A DNA stretch of 64,000 nucleotides from Lytechinus pictus (Eukaryota), in NCBI RefSeq assembly GCF_037042905.1, contig NC_087250.1:21144001-21208000 (forward strand), written 5' to 3'. This document shows, in pieces, positions 13,692 to 25,174 of the stretch (positions within the stretch are counted from its first letter, which is position 1; every line of letters starts with the position of its first letter). Made by a program: the position numbers and the translations under genes. The notes under the pieces were generated by a model. It was not told where the DNA came from. It saw only the letters and a list, made by a program, of their open reading frames with translations, and searched no databases.

Positions 13692-14195
13692 TCCCATCTT
13701 GGAGATTTTTCTTTATTTTCGATTTTGTTTTGTTTTGCCTTTACTTTTTTCTTAAAAGAAAGGTCATTTTATTCTATTTAGCCCCTCTCCTAAGAAATCT
13801 TGGATCAGCCACTGCGGCACACCCAAACCAACTCCTATCCCCCTCCCCAAACCGAAAGTGGGAAACCCTTACATACCCTCAAAATATGTTGTATTGGTTA
13901 CAAGAACAATTACAGCTTTCGTTTTATTCTAATATCTCTGACTTCGACAATATAAATTTAGCAGAATAAGCTTTCATTAGCAAACATCAAGTCACAAATC
14001 GCGTGCTTTACAGAGTTGGGTAAATATACTGATTCTTGTATAAATACCAATACGGTTATAAACTGTTAAAAGTTCGTGAAAATTGTCCCAATTAAGATTT
14101 TATGATGACAGATAAGGAACAAGCGGTTAAAAAGAAAATGCAATCTCAGCAGATCAATATTTATCATTTTTTATTGCCTTGTAATATTTTTTGGG
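13692..14195. repeat. Copy 2 of the ~500-bp direct duplication
   Basis: Collinear with 9613-10110. Confidence 0.9.
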
Positions 14196-14204
14196 GGAAT
14201 TATT

Positions 14205-14949
14205 GGGGGAATTTCTTTCGGGAGATGGGGGCAGACGCGCGTAAACGCTCTCAAGTTGAAAGCGAGACAGCGAAGCGACCAAGCTTGTCATTTTGGCTTG
14301 GTCGCGTGGTTGTCTCGCTTTCAAGGTTTTTTTTTTAGAAAGTTTACGTGCGTCATGCTCCCCCCCCCCCCCTGAAAAAATTATGCGTGAGGCCATGGTG
14401 ATAATGAGAAAAAAAATATAAAAATAATGAAAATGAAAAGTATATATAAATCAATATGCCAGGCTCTTTTGAGCATGGCCGTACACATAATTTATTTCGG
14501 GGGGGGGAGCATGCGTGTAAACTCGTTCTCAAGTTGAAAGCGACACAGCGAAGCGACCAAGCTTGTCATTTGGGCACTTTTTGGAGTTTTAAAAGTGAAA
14601 TATGAAGGCTTTCGTGCACACTTTTGGTGAATTTTGTGATAATTTTCAATAGAAAAATAAGTTTTCAAAAATTTAGGGGTCATCATGCCCCCGTATTGTC
14701 GTTGCGAGCATTTTTGGGAAAAATTAACTTAACAAAAACAAAAACACAAAAAATTATAGAAAGTAGAAGGGCCTGATGCACTTACACTCACTCTCTCAGC
14801 TCATATGCACTTGATCCACTTCCATTAATGATCCGGATTTCGGGCTAAATTCCGCCCTACAGTTCCGGGGACCAACCAACGTAATATTTCGATGAAGAGC
14901 ATCTCGTCGATTCACCGGTTGTTCCCACTCACACGTATTGCGAGGTACC
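14205..14949. repeat. Block A: palindromic GCGAAGCGACCAAGCTTGTC repeat plus adjacent sequence, also present inside the neighbouring fold-back
   Basis: Direct match to ~17210-18034 and inverted match to ~16287-16900. Confidence 0.9.
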
Positions 14950-15289
14950 GTATACTAAGGTCGCACCATGAACCGCATTTTTCAGTGGATTTCTAACAAG
15001 TGGGTCTCGCGTGCTGGGATCTCACTTCTGGTGTCCACAACACGCAACTTCTATGGCTTAATTTTTCTGTGCGCGACAACATGTAATGTATGAGGCGCCG
15101 AATGTACCAATATTATATAGAACAATTATTTGTTATATAATCATTATTTATTAAATAATAACTATTATTTATATATAATTTACATTTTATTTGTAAATAA
15201 CTACTATTATATAAAATATCATTTATAATTATTTATATATAATTCCAAGTAATACTTCATTATTTGTAAATAATAATAGTTCGACATTC

Positions 15290-15645
15290 CATTATTTATA
15301 AATAATGATTATTTGTTTTTCATTATTTATAAATAATGATTATTTGTTTTTCATTATTTATAAACAATGATTATTTGTTTTTCATTATTTACAAATAATG
15401 ATTATTTGTTTTTCATTATTTATAAATAATGATTATTTGTTTTTCATTATTTATAAATAATGATAATTGGTTTTTCATTATTTACAAATAACGATTATTT
15501 GTTTTTCATTATTTATAAATAATGATTATTTGTTTTTCATTATTTATAAATAATGATAATTGGTTTCTCATTATTTATAAATAATGATTATTTGTTTTTC
15601 ATTATTTACAAATAATGATTATTTGTTTTTCATTATTTATAAATA
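15290..15645. repeat. 31-bp AT-rich minisatellite (left arm)
   Basis: Unit AATAATGATTATTTGTTTTTCATTATTTATA, containing the perfect palindrome CATTATTTATAAATAATG. Confidence 0.92.
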
Positions 15646-18600
15646 ATTTGTTGAGTTTTCCATTATTTATAAATAATGATTATTTGTTAAATAATGAAAA
15701 CGTCTACTTCATTATTTATAAATAATTTTTTCGAGTGCACCATTATTCTCATTATTTATAAATAATCATTATTTAATGTTCGAGTTTTCCATTATTTATA
15801 AATAAAGATTATTTGTTAAATAATGAAATACCTACTTCATTATTTATAAATAATAATTTTGTTTCAATATCCCATTAATCATTATTTATAAACAATTTTT
15901 ACAGTTTGCCATTATATACAAATAATCATTATTTATATACAAATAACCATTATTTATTAAATAATGCCATTATTTATTAAATAATGCCATTATTTATTAA
16001 ATAATGCCATTATTTATTAAATAATGGAAAACTCGCTATAACATGCAAATGTGGGACCGCCCATGATATGAATATTCATGATGCCATTTCCTTTTTCGTG
16101 ATTTTTCTTCACAAATTTTTGTCCATTTCCTCTTCATAATGACATTTCTTGAAGCAATTTTCTAGGGATATGGTCTGATTGTAATATTCTTCATTTTCTA
16201 TATAACTTCGTCTTCGTAGAAATATCAAAAAGTGTAATTTTATACGATTTTTCCTACAGTTCACAATCCCCATAGGCGCGCGTGTACGGTAGGGACAACC
16301 GGTGAATCGACGGAGTGCTCTTCATCGAAATACTACGTTGGTTGGTCCCCGGAAGTGGCGGGCGGAATTTAGCCCGAATCCTCGATGGAAGTCGATCAAG
16401 TGCATATGAGCTGAGAGAGTGAAATATCAGTGTACTTGTACAGGCCCTTCTACTTTTTATAAATATTTCTTGTTGCTTTTTTTGTTAAGTTAATTTTTCC
16501 TGGTGTAGAGATAAGTTTCAGTTCTAATAATGCACTTCAAATACATTTTGGAGTGTCTGTTTGAGGCGTTTGGGGCGATTTCACCCTGTCCCCAAAATGC
16601 TCGCAACGACAATACGGGGGCATGATGACCCCTAAATTTTTAAAAACTTATTTTTCTATTGAAAATTATCACAAAATTCACCAAAAGTGTGCACGAAAGC
16701 CTTCGTATTTCACTTTTAAAACTCCAAAAAGTGCCCAAATGACAAGCTTGGTCGCTTCGCTGTGTCGCTTTCAACTTGAGAACGTTTACGCGTCTGCTTC
16801 CCCCCCCCCCCCTCCTCCGAAAGAAATTATGTATACGGCCATGCTCTAAAGAGCCTGGCACATTGATTTATGTATACTTCATTTTCATTATTTTTATCTC
16901 ATTATCATCATGGCCTTACGCAGAATTTTTTACGGGGGGGGGGGGGGGTGGGGGGAGCAGGACGCGCGTAAACTTTCTCATTAAAATCTTGAAAAAGCGA
17001 AGCGACCAAGCTTGTCATTTGAGCTTGGTCGCGTCGCTGTCTCGCTTTCAAGATTTTTTTGAGAAACTTTACGCGCGTCCTAGCTGCTCCCCCCCCCCCC
17101 CCCCGGTAAAAATTCTGTGTAAGGCCATGATGATAATGTGATAAAAATAATGAAAATGAAAAGTACATATAAATCAATGTGCCATATGCTCTTTTGAGCA
17201 TGGCCGTTCACAGAATTTCTTTCGGGGGGTGGGGGCAGACGCGCGTAAACGTTCTCAAGTTGAAAGCGAGACAGCGAAGCGACCAAGCTTGTCATTTGGG
17301 CTTGGTCCCGTGGCTGTCTCGCTTTCAAGATTTTTTTTAGAAAGTTAACGCGCGTCATGCTCCGCGGCCCCGGCCCCCCTGGAAAAAATTCTGCGTAAGG
17401 CCATGTTGATAATGAGATAAAAATAATGAAAATGAAAGTATACATAAATCAATGTGCCAGGCTCTTTAGAGCATGGCCGTATACATAATTTCTTTCGGAG
17501 GAGGGGGGGGGGGATATATCGAAGCAGACGCGTAAACGTTCTCAAGTTGAATGCGACACAGCGAAGCGACCAAGCTTGTCATTTGGGCACTTTTTGGAGT
17601 TTTAAAAGTGAAATACGAAGGCTTTCGTGCACACTTTTGGTGAATTTTGAGATAATTTTCAATAGAAAAATAAGTTTTTTAAAATTTAGGGGTCATCATG
17701 CCCCCGTATTGTCATTGCGAGCATTTTGGGGCCAGGGTGAAATCGCCCCAAACGCCTCAAACAGACACTCCAAAATGTATTTGAAGTGCATTATTAGAAT
17801 TGAAACTTATCTCTACACCAGGAAAAATTAACTTAACAAAAAAAGCAACAAGAAATATTTATAAAAAGTAGAAGGGCCTGTACAAGTACACTGATATTTC
17901 ACTCTCTCAGCTCATATGCACTTGATCGACTTCCATCGAGGATTCGGGCTAAATTCCGCCCGCCACTTCCGGGGACCAACCAACGTAGTATTTCGATGAA
18001 GAGCACTCCGTCGATTCACCGGTTGTCCCTACCGTACACGCGCGCCTATGGGGATTGTGAACTGTAGGAAAAATCGTATAAAATTACACTTTTTGATATT
18101 TCTACGAAGACGAAGTTATATAGAAAATGAAGAATATTACAATCAGACCATATCCCTAGAAAATTGCTTCAAGAAATGTCATTATGAAGAGGAAATGGAC
18201 AAAAATTTGTGAAGAAAAATCACGAAAAAGGAAATGGCATCATGAATATTCATATCATGGGCGGTCCCACATTTGCATGTTATAGCGAGTTTTCCATTAT
18301 TTAATAAATAATGGCATTATTTAATAAATAATGGCATTATTTAATAAATAATGGCATTATTTAATAAATAATGGTTATTTGTATATAAATAATGATTATT
18401 TGTATATAATGGCAAACTGTAAAAATTGTTTATAAATAATGATTAATGGGATATTGAAACAAAATTATTATTTATAAATAATGAAGTAGATATTTCATTA
18501 TTTAACAAATAATCTTTATTTATAAATAATGGAAAACTCGAACATTAAATAATGATTATTTATAAATAATGAGAATAATGGTGCACTCGAAAAAATTATT

Positions 18601-18674
18601 TATAAATAATGAAGTAGACGTTTTCATTATTTAACAAATAATCATTATTTATAAATAATGGAAAACTCAACAAA

Positions 18675-19155
18675 TTATTTATAAATAATGAAAAACAAAT
18701 AATCATTATTTATAAATAATGAAAAACAAATAATCATTATTTGTAAATAATGAAAAACAAATAATCATTATTTATAAATAATGAAAAACAAATAATCATT
18801 ATTTGTAAATAATGAAAAACAAATAATCATTATTTATAAATAATGAAAAACAAATAATCATTATTTATAAATAATGAAAAACAAATAATCATTATTTGTA
18901 AATAATGAAAAACAAATAATCATTATTTATAAATAATGAAAAACAAATAATCATTATTTGTAAATAATGAAAAACAAATAATCATTATTTATAAATAATG
19001 AAAAACAAATAATCATTATTTATAAATAATGAAAAACAAATAATCATTATTTGTAAATAATGAAAAACAAATAATCATTATTTATAAATAATGAAAAACA
19101 AATAATCATTATTTATAAATAATGAAAAACAAATAATCATTATTTATAAATAATG
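18675..19155. repeat. 31-bp AT-rich minisatellite (right arm, more units than the left)
   Basis: Reverse complement of the left-arm unit. Confidence 0.92.
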
Positions 19156-19403
19156 GAATGTCCAACTATTATTATTTACAAATAATGAAGTATTACTTGG
19201 AATTATATATAAATAATTATAAATGATATTTTATATAATAGTAGTTATTTACAAATAAGATGTAAATTATATATAAATAATAGTTATTATTTAATAAATA
19301 ATGATTATATAACAAATAATTGTTCTATATAATATTGGTACATTCGGCGTCTCATAGTAATGAACCCTTGGGTTGTTCCTACGATCAGAGAGAAAATGTG
19401 AAA

Positions 19404-20714
19404 TACACGCGCGCCTACGGGGATTGTGAACTGTAGGAAAAATCGTATAAAATTACACTTTTTGATATTTCTACGAAGACGAAGTTATATAGAAAATGAA
19501 GACTATTACAACCAGACCATATCCCTAGAAAATTGCTTCAAGAAATGCCATTATGAAGAGGAAACGGACAAAAATTTGTGAAGAAAAATCACGAAAAAGG
19601 AAATCGGATCATGAATATTCATTTCATGGGCGGTCCCACATTTGCATGTTATAGCGAGTTTTCCATTATTTAATAAATAATGGTTATTTGTATATAAATA
19701 ATGATTATTTGTATATAATGGCAAACTGTAAAAATTGTTTATAAATAATGATTATTTATAAATAATGGGATATTGAAACAAAATTATTATTTATAAATAA
19801 TGAAGTAGATATTTCATTATTTAACAAATAATCTTTATTTATAAATAATGGAAATCTCGAACATTAAATAATGATTATTTATAAATAATGAAAATAATGG
19901 CGCACTCGAAAAAATTATTTATAAATAATGAAGTAGACGTTTTCATTATTTAACAAATAATCATTATTTATAAATAATGGGAAACTCAACAAATTATTTA
20001 TAAATAAAGAAATGTGCACTGACATTGTTAATAAATAATTATTTTTTATAAATAATAGAAAACTTATTTATAAATAATGGAAAAACGAATTGCAATTATT
20101 TATAAATAATGAAGTATGTAGTGTCATTATTTATAAATAATGAAAAACGAAAATCATTATTTATAAATAATAAAAGACAAATAATCATTATTTGTGAATA
20201 ATGAAAAACAAATAATCATTATTTATAAATAATGAAAAACAAATAATCATTATTTATAAATAATGAAAAACAAATAATCATTATTTATAAATAATGAAAA
20301 ACAAATAATCATTATTTATAAATAATGAAAAACAAATAATCATTATTTATAAATAATGAAAAACAAATAAAAATTATTTATAAATAATGAAAAACAAATA
20401 ATCATTATGTATAAATAATGAAAAACAAATAAAAATTATTTATAAATAATGAAAAACAAATAATCATTATTTATAAATAATGAAAAACATATAATCATTA
20501 TTTATAAATAATGGAATGTCGAACTATTATTATTTACAAATAATGAAGTATTACTTGGAATTATATATAAATAATTAGAAATGTTATTTTATATAATAAT
20601 AATTATTTACAAATAAAATGTAAATTATATATAAATAATAGTTATTATTTAATAAATAATGATTATATAACAAATAATTGTTCTATATAATATTGGTACA
20701 ATCGGCGCCTCATA
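19404..20714. mobile_element. Third copy of the ~1.3-kb minisatellite module (TACACGCGCGCC...GGCGCCTCATA)
   Basis: Direct repeat of 18035-19356. Its right flank is replaced by the Penelope insertion, so no TSD is visible. Confidence 0.85.
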
Positions 20715-21112
20715 ACAGTGAACAGATAATAGCTATTCTTTAAACTGAGTAAGGAGAATTGGGGGTAATGGGGTAATGATGAGGTGGAGTGGGTTTGACA
20801 CATAAGGGGGGGGGGTGTTCTATGGTTAACCATAACCTGAAAGGAAAAATTTCTTCTTGTGTTTACAAGTTGAAATGAGTTCTGTTCTTGAGTTTATCAT
20901 TGCTGCTTTCTTGGCCGTGATTATGTGGTACTTCTCCCACAGACACAGGTTGCACGTCTTTGTTTTGGGTGAGTAGGGCTGCGCATGCCTTACGATTCTC
21001 CATTTTACTGAATAGGGCGTTCCTTCATCCTTCAGTCTCCATATGTGCTTGCTGAGCTCAGTTTGGTGCCGTTTCCCCCGATTGGTGATGCTTGCTTTGT
21101 GGTTTGCGTACC

Positions 21113-22107
21113 ATGCCCTAGAGCAGCCGAGAACATAAAGAAGGACCTCTGCAAGAAATTTAAAGAGTTCGGACTTTCGATCACAGCCAATGCTAATGCA
21201 ACCATTGTCGTCTTTCTTGATGTGACATTCGACCTCTCCAAGAAAGAGTTCAGACCTTATTCAAAACCAGGAGACTCCCACCTATATGTACATGCCGAAT
21301 CGAATCATCCGCCGGAAGTCACCAAGAGAATACCGCAGTCCATCCAAACCCGCCTGTCCAACATTTCCAGTAGCGAAAATATCTTCAACAGTGTCAAACC
21401 AGACTACGAGAAAGCACTTCAAGATACTGGACACAAGCCCAAGCTGGTATACTCACCGAGACATTCAACAAGTGGCAGTAAAGAAACCCAACGTCAAAGA
21501 AAACGAACATAACATGGTTCAACCCACCCTACAGCAAGCATGTTAGGACGAACATCGGCAGAAAGTTCCTAGCCCTTGTGGAGCAGCACTTCCCAAAAGA
21601 ACACCAGCTCCACAAGATCTGCAACAGAAACACGCTGAAAGTCAGCTATAGCTGCATGGACAATATGGCCACAGCAATAAAGGCTCACAACAACAAGATT
21701 ACAGACACTAGCAAAGACAAAGCCAAGGACTCCTGTAACTGCAGAAAGAAAGAAGACTGCCCGATCCCTGGAAAATGCATGGCCACCAATGTCATCTATG
21801 AAGCCGAGGTAGTGACATCTAGGGACAGGAAAGTGTACATCGGGCTCACATCAACTCCATTCAAGACAAGGTACGCAAACCACAAAGCAAGCATCACCAA
21901 TCGGGGGAAACGGCACCAAACTGAGCTCAGCAAGCACATATGGAGACTGAAGGATGAAGGAACGCCCTATTCAGTAAAATGGAGAATCGTAAGGCATGCG
22001 CAGCCTAGCTACTCACCAAAAACAAAGAGGTGCAACCTGTGTCTGTGGGAGAAGTACCACATAATCACGGCCAAGAAAGCAGCAATGATAAACTCAAGAA
22101 CAGAACT
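21113..22107 (+). pseudogene. Penelope RT thumb, linker and GIY-YIG endonuclease remnant
   Basis: FLDVTFDL, YVHAESNHPP, WFNPPYS, KVSYSCM, CNCRKKEDCP, VIYEA..YIGLT, FKTRYANH, CNLCLWEK. A 1-nt frameshift lies near 21508. The ORF is cut at 22107 by a (TTG)n-led insertion. Confidence 0.93.
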
Positions 22108-23033
22108 GTTGTTGTTGTTGTTGTTATTTTAAATAGGCAAACTAGTCAGTTTTGACTATTGTTGCCTTGTAAATTTGCTTTCCCTTTTTTTTTTCAAAAA
22201 GAATAATTTCTTTGTTCAATCTATATCAGTTAAAAAAAAAATAAAGGAAAGATAGGAAAGAAAAGTTCTTAGGAAATCGTGCAAGACCACCTCTCCTGCC
22301 CTGTATTAGAACGTTATCCTGACAAGCCCACTCGAGGTACATTTCGAGGGCGTCTCAGGCGTACAAACAAATTGTACTCCCTATGTCTCTCAAACGTGAG
22401 CAGGTGGCGCTCTATCCGATACCTCGTAGAACTCCATTTAAAATTCCGCAGGTGAAAATTTATGTCAAATCGATCCGATCAATATCAACATTTTTTTTAT
22501 ATAACTTTTTAACAAAAAAAAACATTTACAGTAGAGTAAATACTGACATTCAAGGGCCATATGATAAAGTGAAAGTGACAAGAAAGGTGCACACATAGAC
22601 TATTTAGGTGAAAACATCATCGATTACATCATAAACAATTACCCCCAAGATGAATAATTATATATACACCTTGCTCAGAAAAGTATTATGGTCACGAAGT
22701 CTTGACTACACCCTGTTGTAATGGTTGCCCATTCAAGACAAGGTACGCAAACCACAAAGCAAGCATCACCAATCTTGTAAACACAAGAAGAAAATTTTCC
22801 TTTCAGGTTATGGTTAACCATAGAACACACCCCCCCCCCCCCCCGTATGTGTCAAACCCACTCCACCTCAACATTACCCCATTACCCCCAATTCTCCTTA
22901 CTCAGTTTAAAGAATAGCTATTATCTGTTCACTGTAGTCATTTATCCCCCTTACATTGTATCTTCTGTTTGTTTGCTTGACTGCACTAGAGTTATTGTTT
23001 TCTTTAGCTGTACTTTAGTTCAACATTAAATTT

Positions 23034-23085
23034 GATTTAGTTGCTGATGAACCCTCAGGGGGAAACAGTCTGTACAACTAAAATC
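23034..23085 (+). ncRNA. Minimal type I hammerhead ribozyme in the Penelope pLTR
   Basis: Stem I GATTTAGTTG/CAACTAAAATC, core CTGATGA (23044-50), stem II CCC-TCA-GGG, GAAA (23062-65), near-palindromic stem III ACAGTCTGT, cleavage triplet GTA ending at 23074. Confidence 0.8.
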
Positions 23086-23181
23086 TAAGCAACTCGCTCC
23101 ACCCTATTACTATACTACATGAAGCTCCTATGTGTACATGTAGTTGAGCACTTTTCAGTAATTGCAGTTTCGTATAGTCAT

Positions 23182-23218
<37 letters not shown>

Positions 23219-23285
23219 GTGTGTGTATGTGTGTGTGTGTGAAGTTATACATGTACAACAGCTTTGGCAACTCTTTTTATTTTAA

Positions 23286-23756
23286 ATATTGTAAAGAAAT
23301 GAATGAAGAGAACAATGGTAGGCGTAGCTTAAATCAAGGTTCCCCAGAGCTATCTACCCTTTGGAAAAATTGGTGATGCCGAAACCACTAGACCACAGAG
23401 GTATGATGTACGGTATACGTGTACTGTATCAAAGCAATAGCTTTGATCCAGCTGAGGCATGGCGGCTTGTCATTGTTCAAAACCCACCTTCACCCGACAA
23501 AGGAAATTATAATTGGTATAGTGTCGAAAATCTGTCTTATCTGACGGTCAATCGGATCGGGGTCGCCCTAGCTACTAACCCGTCTCTGTGGTCTAGTGGC
23601 TAAGGTACTGGCGTTCAAAGCTGGGGTCCCGGGTTCGATTCCCGGCAGAGACATTTTTTCGGCATCACCAATTTTTTCAAAGGGTAGATAGCTCTGGGGA
23701 ACTTTGATTTAAGCTACGCCTACCATTGTTCTCTTCATTCATTTATTTACAATATA
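23286..23756. mobile_element. Fold-back MITE whose arms contain a tRNA-like sequence, adjacent to (TA)n
   Basis: ~100-bp TIRs ATATTGTAAA...GGTGATGCCGAAA / TTTCGGCATCACC...TTTACAATAT. The left arm keeps only CCACTAGACCACAGAG of the tRNA part. Confidence 0.85.
23582..23653 (+). tRNA. tRNA-like cloverleaf with anticodon TCA (repeat-derived, probably a pseudo-tRNA)
   Basis: Acceptor GTCTCTG/CAGAGAC, D stem GTCT/AGGT, anticodon stem CTGGC/GCTGG with loop GTTCAAA, T arm CCGGG-TTCGATT-CCCGG, then TTTTTT. Confidence 0.6.
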
Positions 23757-23866
23757 TATATATATATATTTATTGCGCAGAGTAGGCCTAGATGTTTTAC
23801 ACATCGTTTCGGCCTCGTAATCATTAAAGGGGGAACAAACATGCACGATACGAGGCTGTGATAATT

Positions 23867-24498
23867 GGCAGATGCATAAAAGTAGCAATTGCTGGCAAGC
23901 AATTGCTTCAAGCGCAAGTAAACGATCATGTTTTAGCAAATTACCGCTTGGTGTCAAACTACCTTGTTTCTTTTTGATAATTCTATATATTTAACATTTG
24001 ATTTGCACTTATTATTTAAATGTTATGAATTATTATGTAAGATTTATTATGTTTATTGTCATGTTCCAAATGTAGACTGCATTATTCATGTTAAATTTGT
24101 ACAACGTGTTGTATATCATTTTGCACGGCATGTAAACAAGAAGAATTTCCAATTATGGACACTAAATAAATACTTATACTTATTAAACATGTACATGTAG
24201 GCTACGGTATATCTTGGTGTTCTCTCTTAAACATGATTAAAAAACGTGAACGCCCTGATCAAGCAAAAGCTGAAGCTATTCTGACCGTGCTTGAAAAAAC
24301 CCCAAGCAATTGCTTAAACACGCAAGCGAGATGTTTGCTTTTAGCAATAGATTAATCGTCAAGGAGATGCTAGCAGTCAGCGATGTCTTGAACTTACAGG
24401 CAAAAGCATATGCTCGCTCATGTTTATGCATATGAAACAAATCAAAAGCAAGGCAAAAGCCTAGAAAAAGCAATTGCTACTTTTTATGCATCTGACCC
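23867..24498. mobile_element. Harbinger-like MITE; its right TIR is the target of the next insertion
   Basis: CAGATGCATAAAAGTAGCAATTGCT / AGCAATTGCTACTTTTTATGCATCTG. Confidence 0.7.
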
Positions 24499-25174
24499 CA
24501 GGCGCGGATCCAGGATTTCGTAGGGAGGGGGGCCCAAATTTGACCTGATTTTGGCGCCCCTGTGTACTTTTCGGAAAAATGACGGCCCCTCCCCCAGGCA
24601 ATCATAAGTGCCTTAAATGCATGTTAAAATATCTTATTTCATAGGCACATGAAGAAGAGGCAATTGAATAATGGTTTCATAATGATGTGTTCATGAATAA
24701 ATGTAATATCACTTTAAAAAAGAATCAATGCGAGTGCGAAGCGCGAGCGATTTCTATTTTAACCATTTGATGCTTTCAATCTCGTTTAACTTCTCATCAG
24801 AGTAGGCCCTGCTAGATTTATGTGAGCGGGAGCCAGGCGCGGATCCAGGATTTCTTAGGGGGCCCTAATTTCAAGTCAAGTAATAATCGTGCCAAAATAT
24901 TGACTCCCATTGCCGAATGGGTAATGTCTAGTTACTTCACACAGAAACCTTTCTTGCATTGTATAGGCATACTTCGTTCCTCTGGGTACCCCCATTTTTT
25001 TCTTTTCTACTTTTAGTTTCAGGGCTTGAAAAATCTTACGGGGATGACGCCCCTGTATCGCCGCGTATGAACACTGGTTGTGCAATAACTAAATTGCATA
25101 TTCTGCATGAGAGAAAATTAATGTTTTATTTTGGGTAATATATTCTTGAAAAGATATACATGCTTTTTATTATA

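Larger units (their letters stand above)
15089..19356. mobile_element. 4.27-kb fold-back non-autonomous DNA transposon, IS3EU-type termini
   Basis: Termini TATGAGGCGCC / GGCGTCTCATA. Exact 6-bp TSD GTAATG (15083-88 and 19357-62). ~1.8-kb near-identical inverted arms around a palindromic centre. Confidence 0.85.
20715..23105 (+). mobile_element. Penelope-like retroelement, probably Neptune clade: inverted pLTR, 5'-truncated ORF and internally deleted pLTR
   Basis: 20715-21112 is an inverted copy of the ORF end and 3' region. A further direct pLTR copy at 22728-23105 contains a hammerhead motif. Confidence 0.92.

Noticed and set aside
14492..17831. Identical MMTPKFLKTY ORF on both strands
   Set aside because: It results from the inverted duplication and shows no coding features.
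15290..20510. CRISPR-like regular repeat arrays (also 29170-30236, 53661-53816, 57140-59730)
   Set aside because: The units are contiguous with no unique spacers, there are no cas genes, and the context is eukaryotic. These are minisatellites.
23582..23653. Bona fide tRNA-Sec
   Set aside because: It lacks the long variable arm and the extended acceptor/T geometry, and it lies within a repeat.
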